64,000 nt of DNA from Ostreococcus lucimarinus (taxonomy: Eukaryota). The notes beneath the pieces were generated by a model. It was not told the origin of the DNA. It ran no database searches and saw only the letters and a list, made by a program, of their open reading frames with translations. Positions 19,592 through 29,930 of the stretch are shown one piece after another; within the stretch, counting starts at the first letter, position 1; each line of letters opens with the position of its first letter. The position numbers were made by a program, and so were the translations under genes. Where the stretch lies: NCBI GenBank assembly GCA_000092065.1, contig CP000587.1; one strand, written 5' to 3'.

Positions 19592-20070
19592 ATGAATCAA
19601 CCGAGCCGCGCCGATCGGTTCGTCCTGCCCGAGGGCGAGCGCAAGCTGTCGTACGAGCGCGACACCAAGGTGGAGAACGCGGGGACGTTCGTGCTGCAGC
19701 GCGAGGACCACACGATTGGAAATTTGTTGCGAATGTGCGTGCGAGCGCGCGCGCGAAGCGAAAGACGCGGCGGGATGACGCGCGAATCGCGCGCGAAATG
19801 ACGCGCGGGATGATGCGAGCGCGAACGACTGACGATGACGACGACGGACGGCGCGAGAACTGTAGGGAGCTGCACAAGAACCCCGACGTGGTGTTCGCCG
19901 GGTACAAGAACCCTCACCCGACGGATCATAGAATCGTGCTCAAGGTGCACACGAACGCGAATACGACGCCGGTGCAGGCGCTGAGGGATGCGGTGACTAA
20001 TTTGCGAGCGGAGGTGGGCGATTTGTCGCAACAGTTTGCGGATGAGATTAACGCGCTTCGACGCGAATAA
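19592..20070 (+). CDS. RPB11: RNA polymerase II subunit RPB11 (RNAP_L/RPAC2 family), two exons
   Basis: Not in the ORF track as a unit. Exon 1 is 19592..19725 ([47 protein letters not shown] + 'at'), followed by donor GTGCGTG. The intron is 19726..19865 (140 nt), ending TGTAG. Exon 2 is 19866..20070 (g + [67 protein letters not shown]). The spliced product of 112 aa is collinear with RPB11 (EDHTLGN....[28 protein letters not shown]). Confidence 0.75.
19726..19865 (+). other. intron of RPB11 gene (GTGCGTG...TGTAG)
   Basis: Phase-2 intron. The split codon AT|G regenerates Met, giving [14 protein letters not shown], which aligns with RPAC2/RPB11 GNxLRxMxMKNPxV. Confidence 0.7.
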
Positions 20071-20172
20071 GATTTGGTCGCGACGTCGCGAAAGCGTTTT
20101 GTAAATAGATTTTAGAGTCAAAGAAAGAGTCGGATTACAACATTATTACTCCACCATCGTATTGGTGGATGT

Positions 20173-20173
20173 G

Positions 20174-20205
<32 letters not shown>

Positions 20206-20216
20206 TCAATTCGTAA
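20173..20216. repeat. (TGCG)n microsatellite in the convergent 3' region
   Basis: gtgcgtgcgtgcgtgcgtgcgtgcgtgcgtgcgtc. Confidence 0.9.
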
Positions 20217-20380
20217 ATAGTTGAAAAGTACATAGAAAACAGGAGCGACCAGCGTCTTGTCGTCGCCAAATATACATGTAAATCACGCCGCGTTCCGGTG
20301 AATCCGCGGCGACCTTATTATTCGTTATCATACTTGTTTTGATCGTCATACTTTGTTCGACGACGTTTTCTTCCGAAAAC

Positions 20381-20405
20381 ATCAATCAATCAATCAATCA
20401 ATTCA
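20381..20405. repeat. (TCAA)6 microsatellite in the 3' region
   Basis: atcaatcaatcaatcaatcaatcaa. Confidence 0.9.
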
Positions 20406-20414
20406 TAATCCTCA

Positions 20415-22526
20415 CTAGTAAATTGAGGGATGGGAGCTCGAGGAAGATACCGGCGGAGGACGGCCTTTCCAATTCTCAGAGAGTCGCTTGCCCGAGGTCA
20501 ACATCGATCCAGACGACGTCCTGGACAGAGGTGTATCACCCGATCCGTCGTGTGACATTCTCGAGCTTACGTTGAACTGTGATCTCTTTGAAAGCGATGG
20601 TTGACGCATCATGCTTTGCGGTAAAACCACAGGCGACCCACGTTCGCCGATGAACGACGCCACCGTGCCGTCGAACACTCGATTCACAGCTTCGTCCGTG
20701 ACGCAGAAAGACTTGATTCGCTCCATTTGCAACGTTTCGACCTTTGACAAAAGATCGGTGTGACGGAATAACATGATGTCAAACAACGCGCTCTCTTCGG
20801 ATCCGCGCTGGATACCGAGTTCAGCGAGCGTCGCGTCGCGCTCAAATTTCAGAGTGGAGCGTACGCCTTGCAATTCGTCGGCGACAGTCACGAGCCCGGC
20901 GCTCAAGCACGCGCTGATGAGCTCATCCAAGCTAATCATTCCACGATCGTGTGCCAACCCCATGAAACTTCTTGGCGCGGTTTCGTTTAAGAATTCAGAA
21001 AGCGAGCGAGAAGAATCCGAATTCGCCGTCAGATCCTCGTAACCGGGCGACATGGCGGTGTCATCGATACCGGGCGATCCCTCGGGAGAGTTCTGTGCGG
21101 ACTTGAGTAAGACCGCGCGATCATACTCTGTCTCGTCTACGTCCGCGGGAATGTTAAATCGTTCGAACGCGTCGGCGAGCTTGTTGAAAGATTCGCGCCT
21201 TTCTCTAGAACCGTCGGTAAAACTCCCTTCCTGGTGAGCCTCTCGCGCGTGCAACTCTCGGTACAACTTGTCGAGAACATCATGCGTTTGCGTCGCCTCT
21301 GCGTATCCCCTCGCGCCTCTTATCGTGGAATCTGAGCCAGACGTCGAGCCTCCAGCGTCGGAGTATCGCACCTTGTAAACCTTACCTCGCCGTACCGACA
21401 CGTCGGCGCGCATACCCAGCCATCGTCTCAGCACTTTCACATCCTGCGGTCGCAGCAACTCGGCTAACAACACTGCGGTGTGCTTTTCTAAACTTGCGTG
21501 CATAGTCAGCGCCGATAGTTGCCGTCTCGCTTCCCGTAACATGTGTTTCGGGACTTGAAGTTGCTCCGCTTGCGCCGCTCGCCTGTGCGCGGCATTTTTC
21601 TTTTGCTTGAGGCACGGATGCGCCGCCGCTTGCGCGGCGTTCATGCGATTCACGGGATTCAACCTGAGAAGCGAATGGACTAAATCACGAGTCAACGCAC
21701 TGATGGATTCATCCAAACTGTCGTACTCCGCACGAAGGACTTGAAATACCCCCTCGACTGAGTTCTGAAACGGCATCTTCCCCGAGCTCAACCAGTACAT
21801 AAATATCCCCACGGACCACATGTCCGACGCTTGCGAGTACTCACCACGCTCTTCGACTTCGGGCGCCTGAAACGAAGCCGCTCCCATGGGCGATGCCGAT
21901 GGTAAGCGCATTCCGGTTTCCGGACGAAGCTTTCGCACTCGGCCGAAATCAATGATTTTCAGCGTCACGTTTGCCGTCGCGTCGTCTGGCGCGTGTCGCA
22001 CCATGACGTTTTCCAGCGCCAAGTCTCGAAATACGTAGTCTTTCGCGTGCACGTACGCCACCGCGTTCGCGAGCTGTCTCATCAGATCCAACCGCACCTC
22101 GTGTTTCTTGTCTTCATTCGCGTCTTCGTAATCATTCAGCATCGTCAAATACTCCAACAACGACGTCCCGTCGACGAGCTCCATCACCAAGTGCACCTCT
22201 GCCGACGTTTGATACGCGCCGACGAACGCGACGACGTTCGGATGCGACATCGCGCTCAACGCCTCCACCTCCGCGTACGCCGCGATGCGATGCTCGTCCT
22301 CTCCGAACGCTCCCACGTGCGTTTCCTTCATCGCGCGTCGCGTCCCGTCGCTCGCCTCGACCTCGAACACCGTCCCCTGCTTCCCTCCCCCGATTTTCCT
22401 CCGCGCGACGTAATTCGCGTCCCATCGCTCGTCGATCCGCACCGCGCTCGGCGCCGACGTCGACGCTCGCGCGTCGCCCGCCTCCGCCGTCCCTCGCGCG
22501 CCCGTCGTCGACGCCGCGCACCCCAT
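20415..22526 (-). CDS. Ser/Thr protein kinase (CAMK-like catalytic domain) with N-myristoylation/palmitoylation motif and long C-terminal extension
   Basis: Track ORF 20415..22793; the upstream 89 codons are Arg-rich repeat. ATG at 22526 gives MGCAAS... (MGC N-terminus). Kinase subdomains: RKIGGGKQGTVFEV, AMK, HPNVV, HAKDYVFRDLALENVMV, IIDFG, APE, DMWSVG. About 430 aa of C-terminal non-kinase sequence. Confidence 0.85.
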   Translation of the reverse strand: MGCAASTTGARGTAEAGDARASTSAPSAVRIDERWDANYVARRKIGGGKQGTVFEVEASDGTRRAMKETHVGAFGEDEHRIAAYAEVEALSAMSHPNVVAFVGAYQTSAEVHLVMELVDGTSLLEYLTMLNDYEDANEDKKHEVRLDLMRQLANAVAYVHAKDYVFRDLALENVMVRHAPDDATANVTLKIIDFGRVRKLRPETGMRLPSASPMGAASFQAPEVEERGEYSQASDMWSVGIFMYWLSSGKMPFQNSVEGVFQVLRAEYDSLDESISALTRDLVHSLLRLNPVNRMNAAQAAAHPCLKQKKNAAHRRAAQAEQLQVPKHMLREARRQLSALTMHASLEKHTAVLLAELLRPQDVKVLRRWLGMRADVSVRRGKVYKVRYSDAGGSTSGSDSTIRGARGYAEATQTHDVLDKLYRELHAREAHQEGSFTDGSRERRESFNKLADAFERFNIPADVDETEYDRAVLLKSAQNSPEGSPGIDDTAMSPGYEDLTANSDSSRSLSEFLNETAPRSFMGLAHDRGMISLDELISACLSAGLVTVADELQGVRSTLKFERDATLAELGIQRGSEESALFDIMLFRHTDLLSKVETLQMERIKSFCVTDEAVNRVFDGTVASFIGERGSPVVLPQSMMRQPSLSKRSQFNVSSRMSHDGSGDTPLSRTSSGSMLTSGKRLSENWKGRPPPVSSSSSHPSIY

Positions 22527-22595
22527 CTCCGCGCCGTTCGATGGATTCGCGCGTCGGTCGCTTCGCGCCTCGGTCGCTTCGCGCGCGCGTCCCGT

Positions 22596-22690
22596 CGCGC
22601 GTCGTCGCGCGCCCTCGCGCGTCGTCGCGCGTCGTCGCGCGCCCTCGCGCGTCGTCGCGCGTCGTCGCGCGCCGTTCGCCGCCGCCCGCG
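22596..22690. repeat. about 3 x 30-bp tandem repeat in the 5' leader/promoter of the kinase gene
   Basis: cgtcgtcgcgcgccctcgcgcgtcgtcgcg reiterated. It translates in the artefactual upstream frame as GARRRATTRE x3. Confidence 0.8.
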
Positions 22691-23041
22691 CGCGCGTCCC
22701 CGACCGCGCGCCGCGCGCTGACGCCTCGCGACGCTTCGGCATCGCGCGACGCTTCGCTTCGCGCGAATCTCGCGCGGGCGTGGGTTCGGGCATGCGGCGC
22801 GCGTGGGTTCGGACATTCGGCGTTTATCTCTGTATGCACATACAGTCATACACCGTATACGATCACACACGCGCGCGCATCGCCTTTTCAGCGATCACAC
22901 CGCGGGATCGCGGCCGTTTGAAATCTCGCCGTTTGAAATCTCGCGCACGATGCCCGCGACGACGGATGCGCGCGCGCCGGCGACGGCGGCACACGCCGAC
23001 GCGATCGCTCGCGACGCCGCGCGACGCGGACGCGCGGCGAA

Positions 23042-26000
23042 ATGTCCGCGCCGCGCGCGGGGGTCGCGCGCGGCGCGCGAAACGCCGTGGGCGCGCCGCG
23101 ATGGACGCGCGGACGCGACGGCGACCGGCGAAAACCTCTGGCGACGCGCGCGCGCGCGCGCGACGACGGCCGGCGACGACGCGCGACGGGGACGCGATCG
23201 GCGCTGACGCGCGGGAGCGAGGGCGTTGAGGTGGCGAAACTGCAGCAGCGGCTCGCGGACGAGGGAATCGAGGACGGGGGCGCGGTCGATGGGTGCGTGA
23301 CGGCGATGAGCCGTTTATTTGAATTCGCGGCGCGCGCGCGGGACGCGGGACGCGAGGGCGCGAACGGGGAGGGCGGACGCGCGATCGAGCGGACGAGGAT
23401 GGAGAGGAGGGCGTTTGTGGACGATGGGGGGCGTTCGATGGGGAGACGCGACGCGGGATGACTGACGAGACGACGAGACGCGCGCGCGGCGATAGGACGT
23501 TTGACGAGGCGACGGAGCTGGCGGTGAAGACTATGCAGACGCGATACGGATTGCCGGCGAACGGGCAGTGGGGGGCGCTGGAAAGAATGATGTTTGAGGA
23601 GGTTGGGATTCATACCGATACGCCGAGGTTGGAGGCGTTGGCGCCGGCGAAGATGGGGACGCTGGCGGCGCGCGTGAGCGCGAGCGGCGGCGCGAGAGAG
23701 ACGCTGGCGCCGACGCTCGGCGCGAGAGACGGGGTGATGAGCACGTTCGGTTCCGCGGTCGCCGGCGCGGCGCTCGGTTTATCCGCGGCGTTTGTGATCG
23801 GTGCGGCGGATAACGCGCGTCGAGGGGGAGGCGTGCACGATTTCGTCGAAGACGCGCGAGTCAACTTGCTCGGGTTGGCGGGACTGTTTAAACCGTCGAA
23901 TTTCAAACGCCCGACGCGCGCGACCGCGGCGTACGATGACGACGTGGGTGGCGAGCAATACGAGGACAGACGTGATACGCGACGAAACGATGGTTGGGCG
24001 GACGATGACTGGCGCGGAAACGATCCCAGGCGCGGACCGGACGGCGGCATGCCGCCGGGCGCGAGCGAGGAGTACTACGGATACGACGCCCAGTACCACA
24101 CCTCGCGCACTCGCCGCTTGATGGCGGGCGCCGTATCCGCGGTGGTGGAGAGCGAACGACCGAAGCAGCGTCAAGGAACGTCGCGGCGACCGGGTGGAGG
24201 CGGTGCCAGGGCGCAGCGCGCACTCGCGGGCATGGATTTACAGCGCAAGCAGCAAGAGTTGGTAAACTCTCCCGAGCTCGAAGTTGAAGTCGAAGTCGAA
24301 GTCGGGGCGTCTTCGCGACCGATGGCGACGATGATGCAGCGCGTGCGACAAGGCTGGGATGCGAGCTTAGATGCGGTAGGCAACGTCATTCCGGATGCTA
24401 TCCCGCTCATCGGCAACGGGAGCGATTTCACCGCGCGAGCGCAACGCGAGCGCGACTTGAACGCTCGGCTCGCCGAGGCGCGTTACTACGCCGAGCTGGA
24501 ACAGCAAAAGCGCCTTAAGGCTGAAAAGGCGTTCAAGCAAAGTCATCAAAAGTGGCTCGATGCGCAGGCGGCGACGCGCGAGGTGCGCGCCCAGGCAGCG
24601 GCCACGGCGGCAAAATTGGGCGAACTCGAGGAGCGTCTGTTTAGCGAAGACATCTTCGACGACCACCCGGTGATGAACAAGGTGACGCAGTTGGAGAATT
24701 TGCTCAAGCAAGAAGCCAGAGAAGACAAAACGGCGGAACAACTGAAGAGTGAGCTCACTCAACTCGAAATGAACACCACGAGTCGCGTGAAGGATCTCGA
24801 GGAACAGGTCGCCGAGTTGCAACTCGAGCTCGAGACGCGCCCGGATTTACCGCGAGACATCTCCGCTCGCTTGGAAGCTCTGGAAAGCGCGATGACGAGC
24901 GGCACGTCTTACGATGCGGAATCGGCCACGGCGCGCGCAACTGGCTTGCAACAAAGCATTTCAGACGTGGGGGATGCGCTCGTGGAACTTCGCGACGGCA
25001 TGCGAGACGAGATGTACAAGGTGCAGAGCGAGCTCAACAACATCCATCCGCTCATGGATCACGGCGCTGGAAGAATTGATATTCTCTTCGCTAAACTTAC
25101 CGCGTTGGAGCACTCTGTGGATGCCATCAGCGACGGTGCGGCTTCGCAAATCGGACGCTTGTCTGCACAAATCGAACGACTGGAGAAGGCCCTCGCGGCG
25201 AGCTCGGGCGTCGTCTTCGAACCGTTCCCTGAGATCGAAGATATTGCCATCGAAGATCCGGCTCCGATGGTGGAGGAATTCGTCGAGAAAGAAGACGAAG
25301 TCACCACCGACATGTTTGCCCCGGTCGAGGAAGAACTCGCGGTTGAGGAAGACGTCGCGAGCAGCGTCGACAGCGCCGCGACGGATTTCTTTAGTTTGTT
25401 CCAAGACTCGGCGCAAATCACGCAAGCTATGCCGACGGCTGAACCGCCCCTCGAAATCGCGCCGATGCAAAAGGAAATCGTCAAAGAATCCGGCGTTTTA
25501 CCGCGCATCGCGACTGGGCGCGAGATCATGATCCAAGGTTTCCACTGGGAAAGCCACAACTTGGATTGGTACAAAATTGTGCAAGACAGACTTGGCGAAA
25601 TGAATCAAGCGGGATTTACTCAAGTTTGGTTGCCGCCTCCGGCGGATTCTCTCGCACCGCAAGGCTACTTGCCGCGCAATATGTATTCGTTGAATAGTGC
25701 GTACGGCTCTGAACAGGCTTTGCGAAACCTCATCGCGAACTGCAAGGAGCACGACGTTTTGCCCGTGCTCGACGCCGTGTTGAACCATCGCTGCGCCACG
25801 CACCAGGGCGCTGGGGGCAAGTGGAACCGTTGGGAAGGAACTGGTATGGACTGGGGTGAGTGGGCCATCGATAATAGGAATCCTGACTTCGCAGGTCAGG
25901 GTAACCACCCGACGGGCGATGAGTTCTCGGGGGCGCCCAACATCGATCATACGAATGAACGCGTTCGCAGCGACTTGGCCAAGTGGTTCCAATGGTTGCG

Positions 26001-26697
26001 AAACGACATCGGCTTTGGAGGAGTGCGCTTTGACTTCTCGAAGGGTTACGGCGGACAATTCGCCGGAGAGTACATCAAGGCGATGGATCCCGAGTTCGCG
26101 GTCGGAGAATACTGGGACACGCTCGCGTACGGCGCGGGATTGGAGTACAATCAAGACGCTCATCGTCAACGGATTGTTGACTGGATTGACGCGGCAGGCG
26201 GGAACTGCACCGCGTTTGATTTCACCACAAAAGGTATCCTTCAAGAGGCGTGTGGACGCTCCGAGTTCTGGCGTCTCATCGATAGTGAAGGACGCGCTCC
26301 AGGTGTGATTGGCTTGTGGCCGGCGCGCGCCGTGACGTTCATCGACAACCACGACACCGGCTCCACGCAAGGTCACTGGCCGTTCCCGAACGACAAAGTC
26401 GCCATGGGCTATGCCTACATCCTGACTCACCCCGGCACGCCGTGCGTGATGTGGGATCACTACTTCGATTGGGGTGAAAAGTTGTCGAACAACATCAAGA
26501 CGCTGATGGAAGCGCGTCAAAGTTGCGGCATTCACAGTCGAAGCAAACTTCAAATCATCGCCGCCAACGACGGTTTATACGCCGCTATCGTCGACAACAG
26601 GATGGCAGTCAAGCTTGGCCGCGACCACTGGTCGCCCGCCGGCGACGACTGGACCCACATTTGCGGAGATAATGACTGGAGCGTGTGGCGTCGTTAG
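23042..26697 (+). CDS. AMY: alpha-amylase (GH13, plant/plastid AMY3-like catalytic domain), two exons, with N-terminal transit-like peptide, PG_binding_1-like domain and central coiled coil
   Basis: Exon 1 is 23042..23292 (frame 2): MSAPRAGVARGARNAVGAPRWTRGRDGDRRKPLATRARARDDGRRRRATGTRSALTRGSEGVEVAKLQQRLADEGIEDGGAVDG, followed by donor GTGCGTG. The intron is 23293..23495 (203 nt), ending GATAG. Exon 2 is 23496..26697 (continues TFDEATELAVKTMQTRYGLPANGQWGALERMMF...). The junction reconstitutes one complete PG_binding_1-type fold pattern (G..V..LQ..L...G....vDG.F...T..AV..FQ...GL..nG..G). The C-terminal 400 aa is GH13 alpha-amylase (GFHWES..., VLDAVLNHRCA, GVRFDFSKGY, FIDNHDTG). Track ORF 23458..26697 covers exon 2 only. 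Confidence 0.85.
23293..23495 (+). other. intron 1 of alpha-amylase gene (GTGCGTG...GATAG)
   Basis: It joins two halves of a PG_binding_1-like domain that sit in different frames. Phase-2 split codon gg|g = Gly. Confidence 0.6.
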
Positions 26698-26995
26698 CGA
26701 GCGCTCCGTCTCGACTCAAACAAGAATCGCCGTCCACCGCGGCGCTGTATTTATTGAACATTAGCCGTACGCATCAGCTTTGCGTCACCACATCTCTCGC
26801 GCTGCGAAGCGTCGAGTTTAGCTCACGAGCTGTTGTATCACACTCACACACTCTCCCAACATCCATCCCCTCGAGCGTTCGCCATCCGCCGTCGCGTCTC
26901 GCCGGCGTCGAGCCGTCAACCGAATCGAACTATCGCCACACAACCGCGCGCGCGCGTTCGAGATCGTCCCGAACGCGCATCGGAACAGAGACACG

Positions 26996-28129
26996 ATGCG
27001 CGCCATCGCTTTCGCACCGTCCGCGCGCGCGCGCGCGCCCGCGCGCGCGCGCATTCCCGCTCGACGTCGCGGCAGGGACGAAAATAGCACCGCGCCGAGA
27101 CGCGTTCAAACGACGCTCGTGACGCCGCGGACGCGCGCGCTCGAGCGCGGACGCGTCGCGCGCACCGTCGCGGATGAGTACGCGATGACATCCGAGCGCG
27201 AGGGCGCGAACGAGGGTTTCGGAACGAACGAGGAGATGTCAGACGACGTGCGCGCGTTGACGACGCTCGTCGCCGATAGCGACGGCGGCGCGGCGTTGGG
27301 GGCTGACGCGCGGAAGGACGCGGATGCGATGATAGGGAAACTCGAGAGCGTGGGTGCCGACGCGATGGTGAAGCCGAACGACGATCCGAAGATCTTCGGG
27401 TATTACGATGTGAGTTACGTATCCGTCGGAGAGAAGCAAGTGGGAAATCCCGCGGGCGGACGGTTTCGGTCGCCGTTGGGACGGTTTTTGTTCAAGACGA
27501 TCGGGCTCGAGCAAAATTTGTTCGCACCTAATAAGATTGAGAATCGCGTGGCGTTCACGTTGTTTGGGTGCTTGCCGGGGGAGGTGACACTGGAAGGAAC
27601 GTTTGCGCCGGCGGAGGGCGTCGACGACGGACGTACGGTGAAGGCTTCGTTCGGACCACCGGGAATCTCCGTCGCGGGCGGGCCGAAGTTGCGAATCGGC
27701 CCAAAGTCTAGCGTCGTACTCAGCACGACGTATTTGGACGATCACGTCCGTTTGGGGAAAGGATCGCGCGGGAGCTTGTTCGTGTTCACGAGAAAGTCTG
27801 AGGAGAAGGCGGAGCGTGATCACAGACGGTGGGGCATCGGAGGATTGGCGATCGCCATCATGCTCTTAACCGCGCTCGGTCTCGGTATTTTCGGCGTGCA
27901 CGAGCTTAGAACGACGAGTCATACGCTGTATTCGGTAACGGTCGTGCTTGCGTCGGCGATTTCTCTCGCCATGGCGTACATTTTGCGCGACGGCGGAATC
28001 GTCGCCGAGGACGCCGACCTCGACGACGACGTTGGCGAGTTGAGCGAACAGCAAAAGGCGTTCCTCTCCAGAGGACGCGGCGACGGCGAGAATAAAGGCG
28101 AAAACGTGTTCAGTTCGCAAAAGGCGTAG
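26996..28129 (+). CDS. FBN: fibrillin / plastid-lipid-associated protein (PAP) with transit peptide and unusual C-terminal two-TM extension
   Basis: MRAIAFAPSARARAPARARIPARRRG... transit-like. The PAP_fibrillin body includes the hallmark C-terminal motif YLDDHVRLGKGSRGSLFVFTRK. It is followed by hydrophobic segments WGIGGLAIAIMLLTALGLGIFGV and LYSVTVVLASAISLAMAYIL. Confidence 0.75.
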   Translation: MRAIAFAPSARARAPARARIPARRRGRDENSTAPRRVQTTLVTPRTRALERGRVARTVADEYAMTSEREGANEGFGTNEEMSDDVRALTTLVADSDGGAALGADARKDADAMIGKLESVGADAMVKPNDDPKIFGYYDVSYVSVGEKQVGNPAGGRFRSPLGRFLFKTIGLEQNLFAPNKIENRVAFTLFGCLPGEVTLEGTFAPAEGVDDGRTVKASFGPPGISVAGGPKLRIGPKSSVVLSTTYLDDHVRLGKGSRGSLFVFTRKSEEKAERDHRRWGIGGLAIAIMLLTALGLGIFGVHELRTTSHTLYSVTVVLASAISLAMAYILRDGGIVAEDADLDDDVGELSEQQKAFLSRGRGDGENKGENVFSSQKA

Positions 28130-28202
28130 CTTCCTGGCGATCACGACAACTTTTAATTTTAAATTTAGTTTTGTCGCGCGAGCTGTGCTATTACATTCTT
28201 CA

Positions 28203-29057
28203 TCACTTCGGCTTGATAATATCAAGCGTGTCGCCATCTTCTAATCCGTACGTCTCCGGGGTCTCGTTCCCCCTGACCACGTCACCGTCACATACCACCG
28301 TGAGTTGTTCCGAACCGAGCAAACACGTCATCTCGCACCACTCCGCGCACTCGCGCCAAGCGCCGACGATTTTCGCAAACGTCCACGTCTCACCCACGCG
28401 CCGCTCAAACTTGTCACCATTCGGCAACTGAAAACTCACAGTTATCATATTTCCAGTCTCTTCATTCAAATTCCCCTCGATCACGTCTACGCCACCGTCC
28501 TTGTCGCCGTTATTCACCACCTCTCGCACGTCCTCGTCGTCCTCGTCGTCCTCGTCGTCGTCCACCGCGTGCGCCTCAACCGCTCGCGGCACGTACGCCG
28601 GCGGCGGTCGTTGCGCCAGCGCATCGCAGGCGCTTTTCAACGCTTGCACGCTCTCCAGCGTCGCATCGCTCGACCCCACGCCTCCATCGTCGCTCTTATT
28701 CTTTTTACTCCGCGGAAGCGACGCCGTCGCCTCGGCGAACCGCGCGTCCGCCGCCCTCCTCTTCGTCTCCCTCTTCTTCGCCGACGACGGCGAACCGCGC
28801 GGCGACCCGTCGGTGGCCGTGGCGATCATTTCGCTGATTTTCGCATCGAACGCGCGCGCGTCGTCGTCGTCGTCGTCGTCCGAGGACGCTTTTCCCGAAG
28901 TCAACTTGAGCGCTCCGCGCAACGGTGTCGATTTCTTCGTCCCTGGCGCGCGCGCGCCGGCGAGCGCGTCGTCGTCGTCGCTCCACGACACCTCTAAAGT
29001 CGTGTTCCTTCGCCCGAATAATCCATCGTCGTCGGAGTCGTCGTCGGATTCCGGCAT
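28203..29057 (-). CDS. acidic Ser/Asp-rich protein with C-terminal ubiquitin-like / SUMO-like (Rad60-SLD-type) domain
   Basis: ATG within palindrome ccggcatgccgg at about 29057. It has long D/E/S tracts, then the beta-grasp-like C-terminus MITVSFQLPNGDKFERRVGETWTFAKIVGAWRECAEWCE...LTVVCDGDVVRGNETPETYGLEDGDTLDIIKPK. A TGTAA is present in the 3' region on the minus strand. Confidence 0.55.
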   Translation of the reverse strand: MPESDDDSDDDGLFGRRNTTLEVSWSDDDDALAGARAPGTKKSTPLRGALKLTSGKASSDDDDDDDARAFDAKISEMIATATDGSPRGSPSSAKKRETKRRAADARFAEATASLPRSKKNKSDDGGVGSSDATLESVQALKSACDALAQRPPPAYVPRAVEAHAVDDDEDDEDDEDVREVVNNGDKDGGVDVIEGNLNEETGNMITVSFQLPNGDKFERRVGETWTFAKIVGAWRECAEWCEMTCLLGSEQLTVVCDGDVVRGNETPETYGLEDGDTLDIIKPK

Positions 29058-29173
29058 GCCGAGGCGCGACGTGCGGCGCGAAGCGAGCGTCGACGTCGTA
29101 CGCTTACATTCATTTACAATGACTCTACTTCGACAGTTGTGACAAAACGGTTTTCGCGATCGTTACTAGCGCT

Positions 29174-29653
29174 CTACGACGTCGCCGCGCTCGCGGCGGA
29201 CGACAGAATGATCCCGACGATCATGCCGTACAGCGCCAACGCCTCGGCGAAGATCAAAATCAAAATCACCCCGACGAACAATTTCGGCTGTTGCGCGTTC
29301 GCCCTGACGCCCGCGTCGCCCACGATCCCGATGCACATCCCCGCCGACAGTCCGCTCAGGCCGCACGCCAACCCAGAGCCGAGATGCGCGTATCCCTGGA
29401 ACAGCGTGTACGACGACGCGTCGATGTTCGTGCTGATCACCACCGCGATGATCAACCCGTATATCCCGAGCACGCCCGCCATGACCACCGGGACGATGGA
29501 TTTCATCACCAACTCCGGCCGCATCACCCCCATGGACGCGATGCCGACGCCGGACTTCGCCGTGCCGTACGCCGCGCCCATGCAACTGAACACGAGCGCG
29601 CTCGTCGCGCCCATGAACCCAAAGAACGGCGCGACTTCATCGCTCGTCGACAT
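29174..29653 (-). CDS. VHA-c: V-type H+-ATPase 16-kDa proteolipid subunit c
   Basis: Track ORF 29174..30031; the upstream 126 codons are Arg-rich. ATG at 29653 gives [74 protein letters not shown]...[39 protein letters not shown] (159 aa, four TM, conserved Glu in TM4). Confidence 0.9.
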   Translation of the reverse strand: MSTSDEVAPFFGFMGATSALVFSCMGAAYGTAKSGVGIASMGVMRPELVMKSIVPVVMAGVLGIYGLIIAVVISTNIDASSYTLFQGYAHLGSGLACGLSGLSAGMCIGIVGDAGVRANAQQPKLFVGVILILIFAEALALYGMIVGIILSSAASAATS

Positions 29654-29930
29654 CGCGCGTCGGATGTCGCGTCCCGCCGTTCGCCGCTCGCCCGGTCGTC
29701 GCGTTCGCGCCGTTCGTTCGCGCCGTTCGCCGCGCGTCGAGGTGCGCCGTCGCGCCGTCGCGCCGATCGCCGATCTCGAGATCTTCGCGTCGATCGAGGG
29801 CGTCCACGATGGTACATCTAGGGTTGTGCGACGCACAACCCTAGACATCGCCGATTTTTCGCCCGCGCGCGTCCGACGGTTGGCGCGATGGACGCCATCG
29901 CGTCGCGCGTCGCGTCGACGCGCGCGCGCG

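Noticed and set aside
29139-29930. N-terminal 260 codons of the 1967-aa ORF 29139..35042, and the 376-aa ORF 29841..30971(-)
   Set aside because: The first is antisense to the well-conserved V-ATPase proteolipid gene. The second is Arg-rich antisense to the Rav1-like gene.
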